DNA of 64,000 nt from Chloropicon primus (GCA_023205875.1 CP060763.1:248001-312000); one strand, 5' to 3'. Counted from the stretch's first letter, positions 53,921 to 64,000 are shown. Notes: generated by a model from the sequence alone, not told the origin. Numbers and translations are program-made.

Positions 53921-54310
53921 CTTCCTTGGTAAAACAATTAGAAGGAGAAGAGTATCCTAGACCTAGACCTAGAAGATATGAAACACAACTTCACAACCGC
54001 AAGTCAAGCGCACAAGTCAAGAGGCTTGCTCCCTCCCCTCCCCTCGCAATGATGAATGAGGGCGTCTGACCGAAAAATTCTTGGAAACCAATTCTTCCAT
54101 TTTCTTCATTCCATTTTTTTTTTAATCCATCGGTTCAGATTGTGTAGTACCGCCTTCTTGGGAAGGTCGTGGGTGGTGTCCCAGGGAAAACTCTAATTTC
54201 GTGGAACGGTCTTGGTCTTGGGTCAGACAAGAGCCCTCTTCTCTTCTTCTTCTCTTCTCTTCTCTTCTTCTTCTTCGAGAGGAGGAGTCAAGAGGCTTGG
54301 GGGGGAGGTA

Positions 54311-54540
54311 ATCTCAGTTTTGGGCTTGGTAGTCATGGAACTCGCTCTCCGGGCCTGGCCTGGCTTGAGGTCTCAACAGGAGCTTTGGGTGATCTCAGTT
54401 TTGTAGTCATGGATGTCATGGAACTCGCTCTCCGGGCCTGGCCTGGCTTGAGGTCTCAACAGGAGCTTTGGGTGATCTCAGTTTTGTAGTCATGGATGTC
54501 ATGGAACTCGCTCTCCGGGCTTGACCTGGCTTGAGGCCTC
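54311..54540. repeat. Tandem repeat, ~83-bp unit, ~2.8 copies
   Basis: Unit ATCTCAGTTTTGTAGTCATGGATGTCATGGAACTCGCTCTCCGGGCCTGGCCTGGCTTGAGGTCTCAACAGGAGCTTTGGGTG, starting at ~54311, 54392 and 54475. Confidence 0.95.
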
Positions 54541-54567
54541 GAGATTACACATAGATTACACAAGACT

Positions 54568-55515
54568 CTAGGAGACTTTCCCACAATGCCTCGCCGCCTC
54601 GTAGGACGCCGGCCTCTTGACGCTCAGCGTCAGCCCAAGGATTTGAAAGCCATCCAGGTCGAGCGCGGCGGTGCAAAGGTCCTTGTCCCTGAACTCCAAG
54701 AAGCAATACTTTCCGCCCGAGTGCATGTTGATGCCGCACACGGGGAGGTTGCAGTTCGGAAACACGGCGGTGAGGGACTCGTTGAACAAGCGGATGATCT
54801 GGTCCTTGTTGATGCTCCCCGGCTGGATGTTCCCCACGTAAACCTGGAGAGCGAGTGTCCGAGAGGTAGAAGAGAAGAAAGACGACGTTCGCGTGTCAGT
54901 GAACTCTTTTGGAACTCCTGCGAGCAAGAAAAGCGGGCGGCGGGCGTGAAAATCGACCTCACTCACCTCCCTCTCACATTTCGAGGATTTCCTCTGCTGC
55001 TGCTGCTGCTGCGCCTCCAAGAAAGCTTTTCGGGCCAAGGCCTGCTCGTCAGCGACCGTCCACGCCGGACCTGCCCCGGGCACGAGCGCCGACCCGGTGG
55101 CCGCCGGCGCAGCCTGGCCCGGAGCCGTCTGCACCTGCCTGCGCAGCCGCTGCAGGAGGAAGGCCTGCTCGGCCTCAGCTTTCTCCGCAGCCAGCCGTTG
55201 CGCAGCCATCCATTCCCCTGCGCCAGCGACGAGACCACGCGCCTCCTCGTGCCCACCCTCTCTATCCCCCCATCGGCTCCGCTTCCTCCGCCTCGTAGGA
55301 GGCCTGTTGCTGTGGTCCTGGTCCCCCTGTCTATCTCCTCGCCCACCCCTCGCCGACGACCGGTACCCCTCCCTGCTCCTCGACCTGCTCCTCGACCTCC
55401 GACTCGACCGCCTCCCTTCTCCAGACCTTGACCTCGACCTCGATCGAGAACGAGAACGAGAACGAGAACGACCCCTCCGCCTCTCCCTTCCCCTTCTCTC
55501 CACCTCCCTCGTCAT
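54568..55515 (-). CDS. RS-domain protein with a single U2AF65-like RRM, 2 exons
   Basis: Exon1 55515-54967 (RS repeats, RRRKRSRWG); GTGAGT..CAG intron 54966-54844; exon2 54843-54568 (VYVGNI...KYCFLEFR...TAALDLDG...LSVKRPASY, like U2AF65 RRM1). Confidence 0.82.
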   Translation of the reverse strand: MTREVERRGRERRRGRSRSRSRSRSRSRSRSGEGRRSSRRSRSRSRSREGYRSSARGGRGDRQGDQDHSNRPPTRRRKRSRWGDREGGHEEARGLVAGAGEWMAAQRLAAEKAEAEQAFLLQRLRRQVQTAPGQAAPAATGSALVPGAGPAWTVADEQALARKAFLEAQQQQQQRKSSKCEREVSEVDFHARRPLFLLAGVPKEFTDTRTSSFFSSTSRTLALQVYVGNIQPGSINKDQIIRLFNESLTAVFPNCNLPVCGINMHSGGKYCFLEFRDKDLCTAALDLDGFQILGLTLSVKRPASYEAARHCGKVS

Positions 55516-56117
55516 CCCTCTCGATCGCTCGATCCCCACAAACCTCTCTCGCGTCCTCAATTCCTCACCACCCAGTCAAATCTTTCGACCAAGGTCTCTT
55601 TCGAAAGATCAGAGCACAACGCTCCCGCCTGCGTCACCCTCCGTCGCCCCCTCGACCCGCGCCGTTGCCCCTTGCTCCCTCTCTCCCTCCCTCTCGATCG
55701 ATCGCAGCGATCGATCGCCCGCTTGTCTCAATGGAGTGTAATGTTTTTTTGGTTTTTTTTTGGTTTTCAAACTTGGTCGTGTTTCTGTCGTTCTTCTGCC
55801 GTTACGGAGGGTCTGCGCTTGTGCTTCATTGGAGGACGGAGAGGGTTGAGCGAGGAGGGGACATAGGAACTGGACAAAAGTTCGTCTCGAGAGCTTTCCA
55901 TACATACCTTACTTGACTTTTTTGACGCTCCGGATAGGGTGGACGAAGGGCGAGGAAGTTTGGATTAGGTTGAGGTTGTGGCTGTCCGTTGGTGACGGAG
56001 CAGGAGGTTGGATTGGTGGCGCCCTTGTCGTGAGAGAGGAGTTAGTTGCTTCGGGGAGAGCGAGGCTGTTGTATTGTGTCCGCTTTCTTCGCGCAACTTT
56101 GGAATTCACCCATCACC

Positions 56118-59100
56118 ATGTGGTTCCAGGAGAAAGAGAACGGAGAGATACACATCGTGGCCTCCGCGAGAGGGATCACCTCGTGCCAGGGGTTGCTGGA
56201 GTCCTTGGAGGAGTCCAAGTACAAGAGGGTGACGAAGGCTGACGTCTCGTTCAATTCTCTCAAGTCGCTCCGAGGCTTGGAGGCTTTGTCGTCCTTGAGG
56301 AGCCTGGACATCAGATGCAACAACGTGTCGTCCCTAAGAGACCTCCTGCCCGTGCTGCAGAGGTGCGACGAGCTCAGGCACGTGCGGATGAAAGAGTGCG
56401 GGAGGTTCGCGAAGGACCCCAAGGTGTACGCGCAGGACGTTTGCAGAGAAGTTCCGGGGCTTCAGACCGTAGACGGCATCAAGAACGCGTACATGCTTAG
56501 CGAGCAGCAGCAGCGAGCGCAGAGGTTCCTGAACAGGGTCTTCGGGATTGGCCCGAACCAGATCGCAGACCTCGACCTGAACGGGAAAGAGATCTGCGGG
56601 GAAGACTTTGCTTGCGTGCTCCGGGCGCTGTCGCACCTTCCGGTCATCAGACTCCAGATGCAAAACAACCCCGCGTCCCAGATACGGGGCTACAGGTGCT
56701 ACGTCGTCTCGATGGTGAAGTCGCTGAAGATCCTGGATGGCCGACCCGTGACAAGCGACGAGAGGGTGAACGCAACTCGCGAGATTTCCCAAGTGACGAA
56801 AGAAGTGGCCTCCGTGCAGCTTGAGGTGGACAAGCAGCGAGTCATCCAAACGATGCTGGGGAGGAGCCCCTCCACCTCGGTGTCCTTTTCTTACCCCAAG
56901 AGCGCCACCTCGATGTACAGGGACATCTACGAAAACAGTAGTTTTGTCATCGAGGAGCTCAACGCAGAGGATTACGAGAGGCAAAAGAGATGCACAGGCC
57001 ACTCTGCTGATCCGGTCACGCCGGGCCAGGACTTTCGGGCGCTGACGCCGTCGACGTCAAACTCCTCCCTTGCTCCGAGGAAATTGTCCTTCTCGGAGGT
57101 CAGCAAGCCACCACAGTCGCAGCCCAGGACCGGCACAAAGGGGAAAATCAACCTCATGCTGGTCGCGTCAAAGCCGCTGCGGGAGGACATTGTCGAGTTT
57201 TTGGAGGACGATGAGACGGGCGCGCCTCTCGTGAAAAATTTGGACATGCCAGAAATCTTCAGAGGGCTTGAGAACGCCCCCATACAAGCGATATCTGGAA
57301 GGATATGGTCCAAGCTCGAGATACTTGTGAACTACTTGCAGATTTACAGGCTGATCTTCAGGTTCAGCATTCCTTGGCCGGCCATTTGGTAAGCACACCC
57401 TAGGGCGCGCAGACACACCTCTTCGCTTCGCGAGCCATTCTTGTGGTTACTGACCCGTTTCCCCTTTCTCCGTAGGTTTGGCCTGAACAACGAGAGCGAC
57501 ATCACGACTTGGATATTCCACTACGTGCCCAGTTTGCTGTTTCAAGGCAAGCAGAAATCAAACAAGACCAACTTGGCCATCTTTTTGGTCTTCCTTTTCC
57601 TGCCGATCCTGCTGCTTGGAGTTTTCTTTGCGAGCGTTGTGGACCGAATCGTACCCCAAAAGGTGGACAACATCATCCTTAAAATCAGTGGGTACTCTTG
57701 GAAAATGCTGAGGAAGCGAGCCGCACTGTTTGGCATGACAGTCTCTTACCTTCCTCTTGCGAACTCGATGCTGTCCATGTTGATTCCCACGAGGAGCGAA
57801 GGCGGTGCCATTGTCATTAAGGGCTTGCCCTACACTCCCTGGCCAAACCATATCTCTGAGTTCGTCCTCAGTGAGCACTGGCCTATGATAGTAGCGTTCG
57901 TTGCAGGCCTTGTCTACATCATCGGCATTCCTTGCGTTTGGTCTTTGCTTATCAGAAAGGGGTCAAGGGAAGCGAGCGCGGCCCACGCCGTCGACGAAGT
58001 TGGAAAGCAGATCATCGATCTGAGACAAGACTTGTACATGGCGCGCGAGAAAGGAGAGGCAACTTCAAGTTACGAAGCAGAGATGGAGGACCTCATCATT
58101 GAAAGGGAAAGGGCCTATGACCTGCTTTATGCAAAAGCGGTGCGTGAATACCACAAGCCCCAAACGTTCCTATTCGAGGACTACCACGAGGTTGCCAAGT
58201 ACTGGAAAATCGTGATCATGGTCTGGAAGATAGTCATGCTGATCAACGTTCTTGGCCTTGGTGCTTTGGCGTTCACGATGAGCGCGAAATTCATTCCCGT
58301 CCAAACCACGTGCGGGTTGGTGTTTGTGGGCACTATGCTGGTGACTTCCTGCGTGAAAAGGCCATTTCAAGCCTCAAGTGAAAACATGCTCGAGATAGTC
58401 CTGATTGGAGCGAATCTCATGAACGCGTCCATTGGATTCTTACTCTCCATCGTGGCGCAGGCTCGGTCTGACGAGATCGTGCACGACCTCTTCAACTCTG
58501 ACGAGGTGTCAGGCAATGTGACGGGAGGCATCCTGATCATCGTCAATGCCTTGGCGGTGTGTTTTGCAATTGGGGTCATCGTGGCAACTCCCTGGCTCAA
58601 CAGGTTGTCGAGAAACGAAATCAAAAGATTGAAGGACTACAATATACAGCACGCTGTGCGGCAGCTCCAAAGCCAAGCGAGCACTCAGGTTCCAGAGAAG
58701 GGTACAAGCTCAGCGCGCGCAACGTCGTCGAACGCGAAGTCTCGCCTGGGGTCCGCGCAAGGTTCAGAGCTTAAGCAAAGGAGGCCGCGAAAGACGCCGA
58801 GCAGCAGGCAAGGCTCAAAAGCTTGCACTCCAACTTTTGACCCAAACAATCTTCACGAGGAGATGCACAATATGGCACGGGCCTGCAACAGCATGCCTTG
58901 CAACAGCCGGGAGAGCAAGAAATCACAAGGCAGCAGCAAGAAACAGCCGCTGAAGAAAAGCAAGAGCATCATCATGCAGCTGTTTGATGGAAATTATTCG
59001 AGCCCATTTTACAAGAGGTTGCAGAGGTTGAGAAACGCATCACCAAACTCAGCGGGCGGCCAAGGACTTGATGAGCACATGGCGCCCAATTCTGTGAACA

Positions 59101-59144
59101 GAGAAAGCTCCGGGAAAAGCCCTCTGCCTTACGCGTCTCCCTGA
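56118..59144 (+). CDS. Leucine-rich repeat protein with a C-terminal multi-pass (about 7-TM) membrane domain, 2 exons; 5' end uncertain
   Basis: Exon 56118-57388 (SDS22-like LRRs ADVSFNSLKSLRGLEALSSLRSLDIRCNNV, LRR-cap YRCYVVSMVKSLKILDG); GTAAGC..TAG intron 57389-57475 (phase 2, TG|G); exon 57476-59144 with several hydrophobic helices. Confidence 0.8.
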
Positions 59145-59209
59145 ATGAGACAAGGTTCGATAAAGAATAATGATCGTATTTTACAACTTTGGTTAATGGT
59201 ACAGACCAG

Positions 59210-60808
59210 TCATTTGTTGGTGAGGCTCTCACTCCTTGATAGAATGGCTTTGACATCCAAATGCACCGCAGGCATTATGACATCCTTTCCGATATTGCTC
59301 TCCGCCATAATCTTCTTCTCTTTTGGTTTCCTTTCCTTTCCTTCTTCAGCCTCCTCCTCCCCTCCTGCTTCCTCCTCAGTTTTCGTTTCCCCTTCCACCA
59401 CCTTCCTCCGCCTTTCCTCCTCCGCTTCATCAATCTTGTCGCGCCAGGTGTGAGCCCAGTGGTGTACCATGAAGGAAGTCACCGGGTAATCCTTGTTTGC
59501 ATTGCCGAGCCTTGATATCTTCCGGCACAGCTGCACTTTAGGATTTGGCGCCTCGCCTCCCCTGAGGTAGATTGGCTTGTGAGTCCTGATGATGTGCTCG
59601 CACCGGGTGTGCATGTCCTGTTTCACATCAAAAGCGGGTGCAGTCACATCGGGCTGAAGGAAAACACAACCTCTCGTGAGATCGGGGTTGCTTTGAATGA
59701 CACGATCCATCGCAATCGGGCCCGTGATGCTCGTGGCATCCTTCAACTCGTTTGGCATCTTGTCAGCGTAGTGGTTCTTCATCGCATGGGGGAGGAATCC
59801 CTTCCACAAAGGATGCCCGGGCCTGGCTCCCAGAAAGGCGTTTCCTATCACGTGGTACTTGTTGTACACGAGGACGGCGTGGACTTCCGGCTCCAGACCA
59901 ATCATGCACCCAGGTTTCTGGAGAGCCTCCGCCAGGCCATCCAGGGGCTGGAGCGGCTCCATGTCCATGTCAGCGTAGTACCCGCCATGCAAGTCAAGCA
60001 CGAGGTACCTGAAGACGTCAGACTTCTCGGCGGTCACCTTCATCTCGCTGTAGAAGGAATAGTATTCGGGGTAGTGATCTTTGATCAGCCGGTCACACTC
60101 CTCGTCCGTCCAGATCTTGATCTCCCAGTTCGGGTTCAGGTACTTCCACTTCATCTGGATCTTCCGAAAGAGCTCGGGCATGTCCTCGTCAAAGAGCTCG
60201 GCCGTTTTCCACGTGAAGTGGAGCTTTCTGGGAATGTCCTCGAACGCCCGGTCCCTCCGTCGCCGCCGCGCGGCGGCCGCTTCCTCCTCGTCGAACCAAT
60301 TCTCCGCCGCGAGCTCCTCGTAGCGAAGAGACTTGTGGAGCTCCGAAAGTTTCGGCAAAGGAAGACTGGTCCAATTGGACAGAAACTCTTTGCTGCGGGG
60401 AAACTTGACGTTCTTGCGCAAAAAGTCTAGCTCGTCGTACGTCTTCAACTTATTGTCGTCCCTCCTTATTTTGGAACTCAGGCTCCCAAAGTTCAAGTTG
60501 GGCGCAGCCTTTGCGAACTCACCACCAGGACCGCCACCTCTCCCCTGCAGGCGGCCCCCACTTGGCCCTGGCTCGGCCCCGGACCGTCCTGATTCCTCTT
60601 CACTCCGCTCTTGACCCGGCAGCTTAACTGCTCTGCTCTTGACTTGGCCCAAGTCTGCAGCCTCCTGGCTTCCTCCCTCCTTGGGCGTCGAAAACCAGGT
60701 GCCGACATAAAGCAGGTACACGACGAGGACAACGGCGAGTCCAATGGAGGTCCGCCACGACTCGACCCTCCTCCCTCTTCGGGTCCCTGGCCTCATCCTG
60801 GACCCCAT
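59210..60808 (-). CDS. Glycosyltransferase family 32 (DXD sugar-binding; OCH1/SUR1-type), type II membrane protein
   Basis: N-terminal TM helix; IPRKLHFTWK, WKYLNPNWE..IWTD, KSDVFRYLVL...GGYYADMD and TGP motifs; first ATG at 60808. Confidence 0.9.
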   Translation of the reverse strand: MGSRMRPGTRRGRRVESWRTSIGLAVVLVVYLLYVGTWFSTPKEGGSQEAADLGQVKSRAVKLPGQERSEEESGRSGAEPGPSGGRLQGRGGGPGGEFAKAAPNLNFGSLSSKIRRDDNKLKTYDELDFLRKNVKFPRSKEFLSNWTSLPLPKLSELHKSLRYEELAAENWFDEEEAAAARRRRRDRAFEDIPRKLHFTWKTAELFDEDMPELFRKIQMKWKYLNPNWEIKIWTDEECDRLIKDHYPEYYSFYSEMKVTAEKSDVFRYLVLDLHGGYYADMDMEPLQPLDGLAEALQKPGCMIGLEPEVHAVLVYNKYHVIGNAFLGARPGHPLWKGFLPHAMKNHYADKMPNELKDATSITGPIAMDRVIQSNPDLTRGCVFLQPDVTAPAFDVKQDMHTRCEHIIRTHKPIYLRGGEAPNPKVQLCRKISRLGNANKDYPVTSFMVHHWAHTWRDKIDEAEEERRRKVVEGETKTEEEAGGEEEAEEGKERKPKEKKIMAESNIGKDVIMPAVHLDVKAILSRSESLTNK

Positions 60809-61594
60809 GGCCCACTGCAAGCCCAAACACAAAAGCACAGAATGGAACTCATCAGTACTCTCGATCTTCCTCACCGGAGCGCCGATCCCTTCGTGAGAGA
60901 GGTCGATCGCGAGAGAAAGACGTAACGGCTCGACTTGTCCCTCTCCTCCTCGCCGAAAAACGACAGAAACCTCGCTCGCTTACCTTTGAAGATGCTGTCC
61001 ATTGGAAACAGAAAGCAGGAAACAAATGGCTCAGTTTCGTCAAATCCTCGTCACTTTGTCATTCCTTTCGATGGAGAGTTCGTTGGAAAGATCTCAAGAC
61101 GAGGAATCATGCGACATTGTCAACCCCTCCTCCTCCTCTCCTCGCTCTCCTCCCTCGCCTCTCTCCGCCGGTCACTGCTTACCTCCGCCTCCAGGAAAAC
61201 TCCCTTTACGAGGAGGTAGAGGACGACCGCGTTGGGTTGTGTGTGGAAGAACGGCACGAGGAGAGCGAGGAAACGGAGGAGGAGAAGGTAAAAAGCGATA
61301 GCGTTACGTCCGTTACTTCCTCCTCTTTCGAACGAGTATTCCCTCGAGAGAAATGGACCCGGGATGAGGACGCCAGGACTGATGGATCCCTTTTTTGTTT
61401 TGTTTTGTTGATGGTGGTGGTGGTGGTGATGGCTAGGGGAAGGGGCGAGGACGGCGAGGAGGAAGGGATCGAGGTGTTCAGGGCGAGTCTATATCGCAAG
61501 ATCTTTCGATTGATACTCGTGTCGTTGGTTTTGGTTGCCATTTTCGCCTTCGATTGGCTTTGATCAAGAGGTGAAGGCGAGGTGGCCGAGAGGG

Positions 61595-62116
61595 ATGAGG
61601 AGGGAGGAAGGGGTCGAGGAGGAGGTTGGCGCGTCGGAAAGAGGGGAGAAGGGGAGCCAGGATGGCAGAGAAGGATGTGATGATGAGGTTAACCGCTCAG
61701 GGTCGCGTCGGAAGCAGCAGAGGAGGAGGGACTTCAGCAAGTTGGAGGACTTTTACTATCCTTCTCCTGAGGTTGCGAGGCTTCTGGAGGGTCGAGGAGG
61801 TACAGGGGAGGTGGACAAGGGGTTGAGGGGGATCCTGGGAAGGGTGGAGGCGGAGGACGTCGCGACAAGCGAGGGAGAGGAGGAGGAGGCCTCAGGAGAG
61901 GAAGTGGTGGACATCCGTCCACCGAGGTTTGCAAAGTACGATAGGCCGGTGGACCTGGTCGAGGGGGTTTTGCGGGGCACGGAGACGATGGTGTGCGTGG
62001 GGGAGCTGGACACGGTCGGGGGGATTCAGAAGCTCGGGAAGCAAGCGGAGGGAGCCGCCCCGGCAGGACCAGCAACCCAAGAACAGCGGCGGGGACCGGG
62101 GGAGCAGGGAGAGTGA
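61595..62116 (+). CDS. Hypothetical acidic protein
   Basis: ATG 61595 to TGA 62116, G-rich coding-like composition, with TGTAA at 62213-62217 downstream. No recognisable family. Confidence 0.4.
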   Translation: MRREEGVEEEVGASERGEKGSQDGREGCDDEVNRSGSRRKQQRRRDFSKLEDFYYPSPEVARLLEGRGGTGEVDKGLRGILGRVEAEDVATSEGEEEEASGEEVVDIRPPRFAKYDRPVDLVEGVLRGTETMVCVGELDTVGGIQKLGKQAEGAAPAGPATQEQRRGPGEQGE

Positions 62117-62713
62117 GGACGTGCAGGCGTGTGCACACAAAGAAAGCGAATGCGCGAAAGCGTGGCGAGGTGGCGTCACCACCCAATTTCGCCTTGCTGA
62201 CCAGCAAGACTCTGTAAAACCAGCTCTGCATCGAATCCACGCGACGACGACGAGAAAGTGCTCTTGTTTATTTTTTTGCGTACCTCCTCGCCTTTCGAAG
62301 ACGCTAGGGGCGTGTCATCGCGACACGGCGAGATCTCATCAATCGAATGATCTCGGCAAGTGCTCTCGCCTCGCCCCCAATCGCCGCGATGCTCTCTCCC
62401 TCGCACCGCGTGAACCAGTCCGTCCCTCCGTTCTCATCATCCATCCATCCACCTTGTGGATCCCCATGCATGGCGTGATGGTGGCGTCCAAGGACGACTC
62501 AAACGAAAGACCTTGAGACAAGGAATCGTGTTACACACCTCCCTTCCTCCTCTCCTCCCCCTTCCCTCTCCTCCCTCTCCTCCAAAGCCTCCTCCTCTCC
62601 TCCATCATCGCACAACAGCACGTGGCCGAGTTGCCTGCCAAGGTGGACAAAAACGTTTCGAGAGGGTGGCCGCCAGCAGCAGCAGCAGCAGCAGCAGCGT
62701 CACGACGAGCGTC

Positions 62714-64000
62714 ATGAGAGTCGTCGCCACGAGGACGTGGAGGGCACAGAGGGTTACCAGCGAAGTTGTCAAGCCATTCGCCAACTCTTTCGTAAGGTCA
62801 AGCTCTAACACGAGAGCGAGAGCGAGAGGAATCCCAACAAGAGATCGAGTTCCTGTACGAGTGATCCACGAAACGTTGTCGAGTTGTAGGGTCTCTGGAC
62901 CGGTACGAGCAGCAGCTCCGTCGGCAGACATGAGTCAAGGGCAAGGCATGAAGGGAATGAAGGGGAAGGCGCTTGTATCGGTGTCGGACAAGAGCGGCGT
63001 CGTGGAGTTAGCTCGTGGGCTCGTCGATTTGGGATACGAGGTGGTGAGCACCGGAGGAAGTTTCAAGGCCATTAGCGAGGCTGGAGTTGCCGTGTCTCAA
63101 GTGGAGTCGATGACGAACTTCCCTGAGATGTTGGATGGGAGGGTGAAGACGCTGCATCCTGCGGTGCATGGAGGAATCCTCGCGAGGAGGGACCTCGAGG
63201 ACCACATGGAAGCCATGGAGAACCAGAACTTTGGACTCATCGATGTGGTGGTGTGCAACCTGTATCCGTTCAGGGCGACGGTGACCGGCAGCAGTGAGAT
63301 CGCGTTCCAGGACGCGATCGAGAAGATCGACATTGGGGGGCCCACGCTCATCAGGGCGGCTGCGAAGAACCACAAGCACGTGACGGTGATCGTTGATCCG
63401 ACGGACTACACGGACGTTCTGACGGCCCTGGGCAGCGGGGAGGAGGGGTCCGCGGAGAAGTTGAGGACCCACCTGGCCTGGAAGGCCTTCCAGCACGTCT
63501 CGAGCTACGACTCGAACGTGTCCGAGTGGCTGTGGGAGAATGGCGGAGGCAAGGGCGAGGACGCGGCGTCCGCCCCGCCGGAGAAGACGATTCCCGTCAA
63601 GCTCGTGAACACGTTGAGGTACGGGGAGAACCCTCACCAGAAGGCCGCGTTTTACGTGGACCAGTCTCTCGGGGAGCACGACGCCGGCGGCCTCGCTCTC
63701 AGCACGCAGCACCACGGCAAGGAGATGAGCTTCAACAATTTCTTGGACGGCGACGCTGCTTACTCTTGCGTGTGCGACTTCGTGGAGCCAACGTGCGTCA
63801 TTGTCAAGCACACGAACCCCTGTGGGGTGGCAAGCGCCCACTCCGGCCAGGACGACCCCAACGACCTCAGGCAAGCCTACCGGTGGGCGGTCGAGGCCGA
63901 TCCTGTGAGCGCCTTTGGCGGGATCGTGGCTTTCAACCGACCCGTCACTGAGGAGCTGGCCAAGGAAATCAGGGAGTTCAGAAGTCCTCAAGACGGTGAC
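62714..64000 (+). CDS. purH: Bifunctional AICAR transformylase/IMP cyclohydrolase with an organellar transit peptide; 3'-partial
   Basis: Open from ATG 62714 to the window end (absent from the ORF track): KALVSVSDKSG, VVSTGGS, FPEMLDGRVKTLHPAVHGGILARR, VVCNLYPF, IDIGGPTLIRAAAKNH, LRYGENPHQKA, HGKEMSFNN, IVKHTNPCGVA and DPVSAFGGIVAFN. Confidence 0.97.
   Translation, partial: MRVVATRTWRAQRVTSEVVKPFANSFVRSSSNTRARARGIPTRDRVPVRVIHETLSSCRVSGPVRAAAPSADMSQGQGMKGMKGKALVSVSDKSGVVELARGLVDLGYEVVSTGGSFKAISEAGVAVSQVESMTNFPEMLDGRVKTLHPAVHGGILARRDLEDHMEAMENQNFGLIDVVVCNLYPFRATVTGSSEIAFQDAIEKIDIGGPTLIRAAAKNHKHVTVIVDPTDYTDVLTALGSGEEGSAEKLRTHLAWKAFQHVSSYDSNVSEWLWENGGGKGEDAASAPPEKTIPVKLVNTLRYGENPHQKAAFYVDQSLGEHDAGGLALSTQHHGKEMSFNNFLDGDAAYSCVCDFVEPTCVIVKHTNPCGVASAHSGQDDPNDLRQAYRWAVEADPVSAFGGIVAFNRPVTEELAKEIREFRSPQDGD

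Noticed and set aside
54311..54540. CRISPR-like array or snoRNA cluster
   Set aside because: Units are contiguous and near-identical with no unique spacers, the context is eukaryotic with no cas genes, and there is no convincing box C/D pair.
61429..61690. Selenocysteine or readthrough at TGA 61561 after a short TM-encoding ORF
   Set aside because: The readthrough product has no redox motif, meets another TGA soon after, and no SECIS-like element is evident.

Overview
Gene-dense, GC-rich eukaryotic nuclear DNA with mostly intronless genes and a few short GT-AG introns. The gene set includes plastid-targeted proteins (glucan water dikinase, CPP1, ABC1 kinase, PurH), and TGTAA-type poly(A) signals recur at gene ends. 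Together these point to a compact green algal (chlorophyte) genome; a Chloropicon-like picoalga is my inference, not a database result. About 30 protein-coding genes are supported, several rebuilt across introns the ORF track does not model. I see no rRNA, tRNA, CRISPR array or recognisable transposon. Two loci stand out. (1) A ~1240-aa protein (27705-31421, -) with sequence blocks resembling RICTOR/Avo3 from end to end; RICTOR is the defining TORC2 subunit and is generally regarded as lost from plants and green algae. (2) A single intronless ORF (12019-15486, -) fusing an apparently intact cobyrinate a,c-diamide synthase (CobB/CbiA) to a BtuF-like cobalamin-binding domain, in a lineage that does not make vitamin B12 de novo. 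Also notable: a recurrent ~20-bp intergenic motif (core GAKCTTTCSA), adjacent axonemal genes (SPEF2/CPC1 and RSP7), an LRR plus multi-TM protein, and a one-RRM U2AF65-like protein. All family calls come from recognising motifs by eye and need HMM or structure confirmation.
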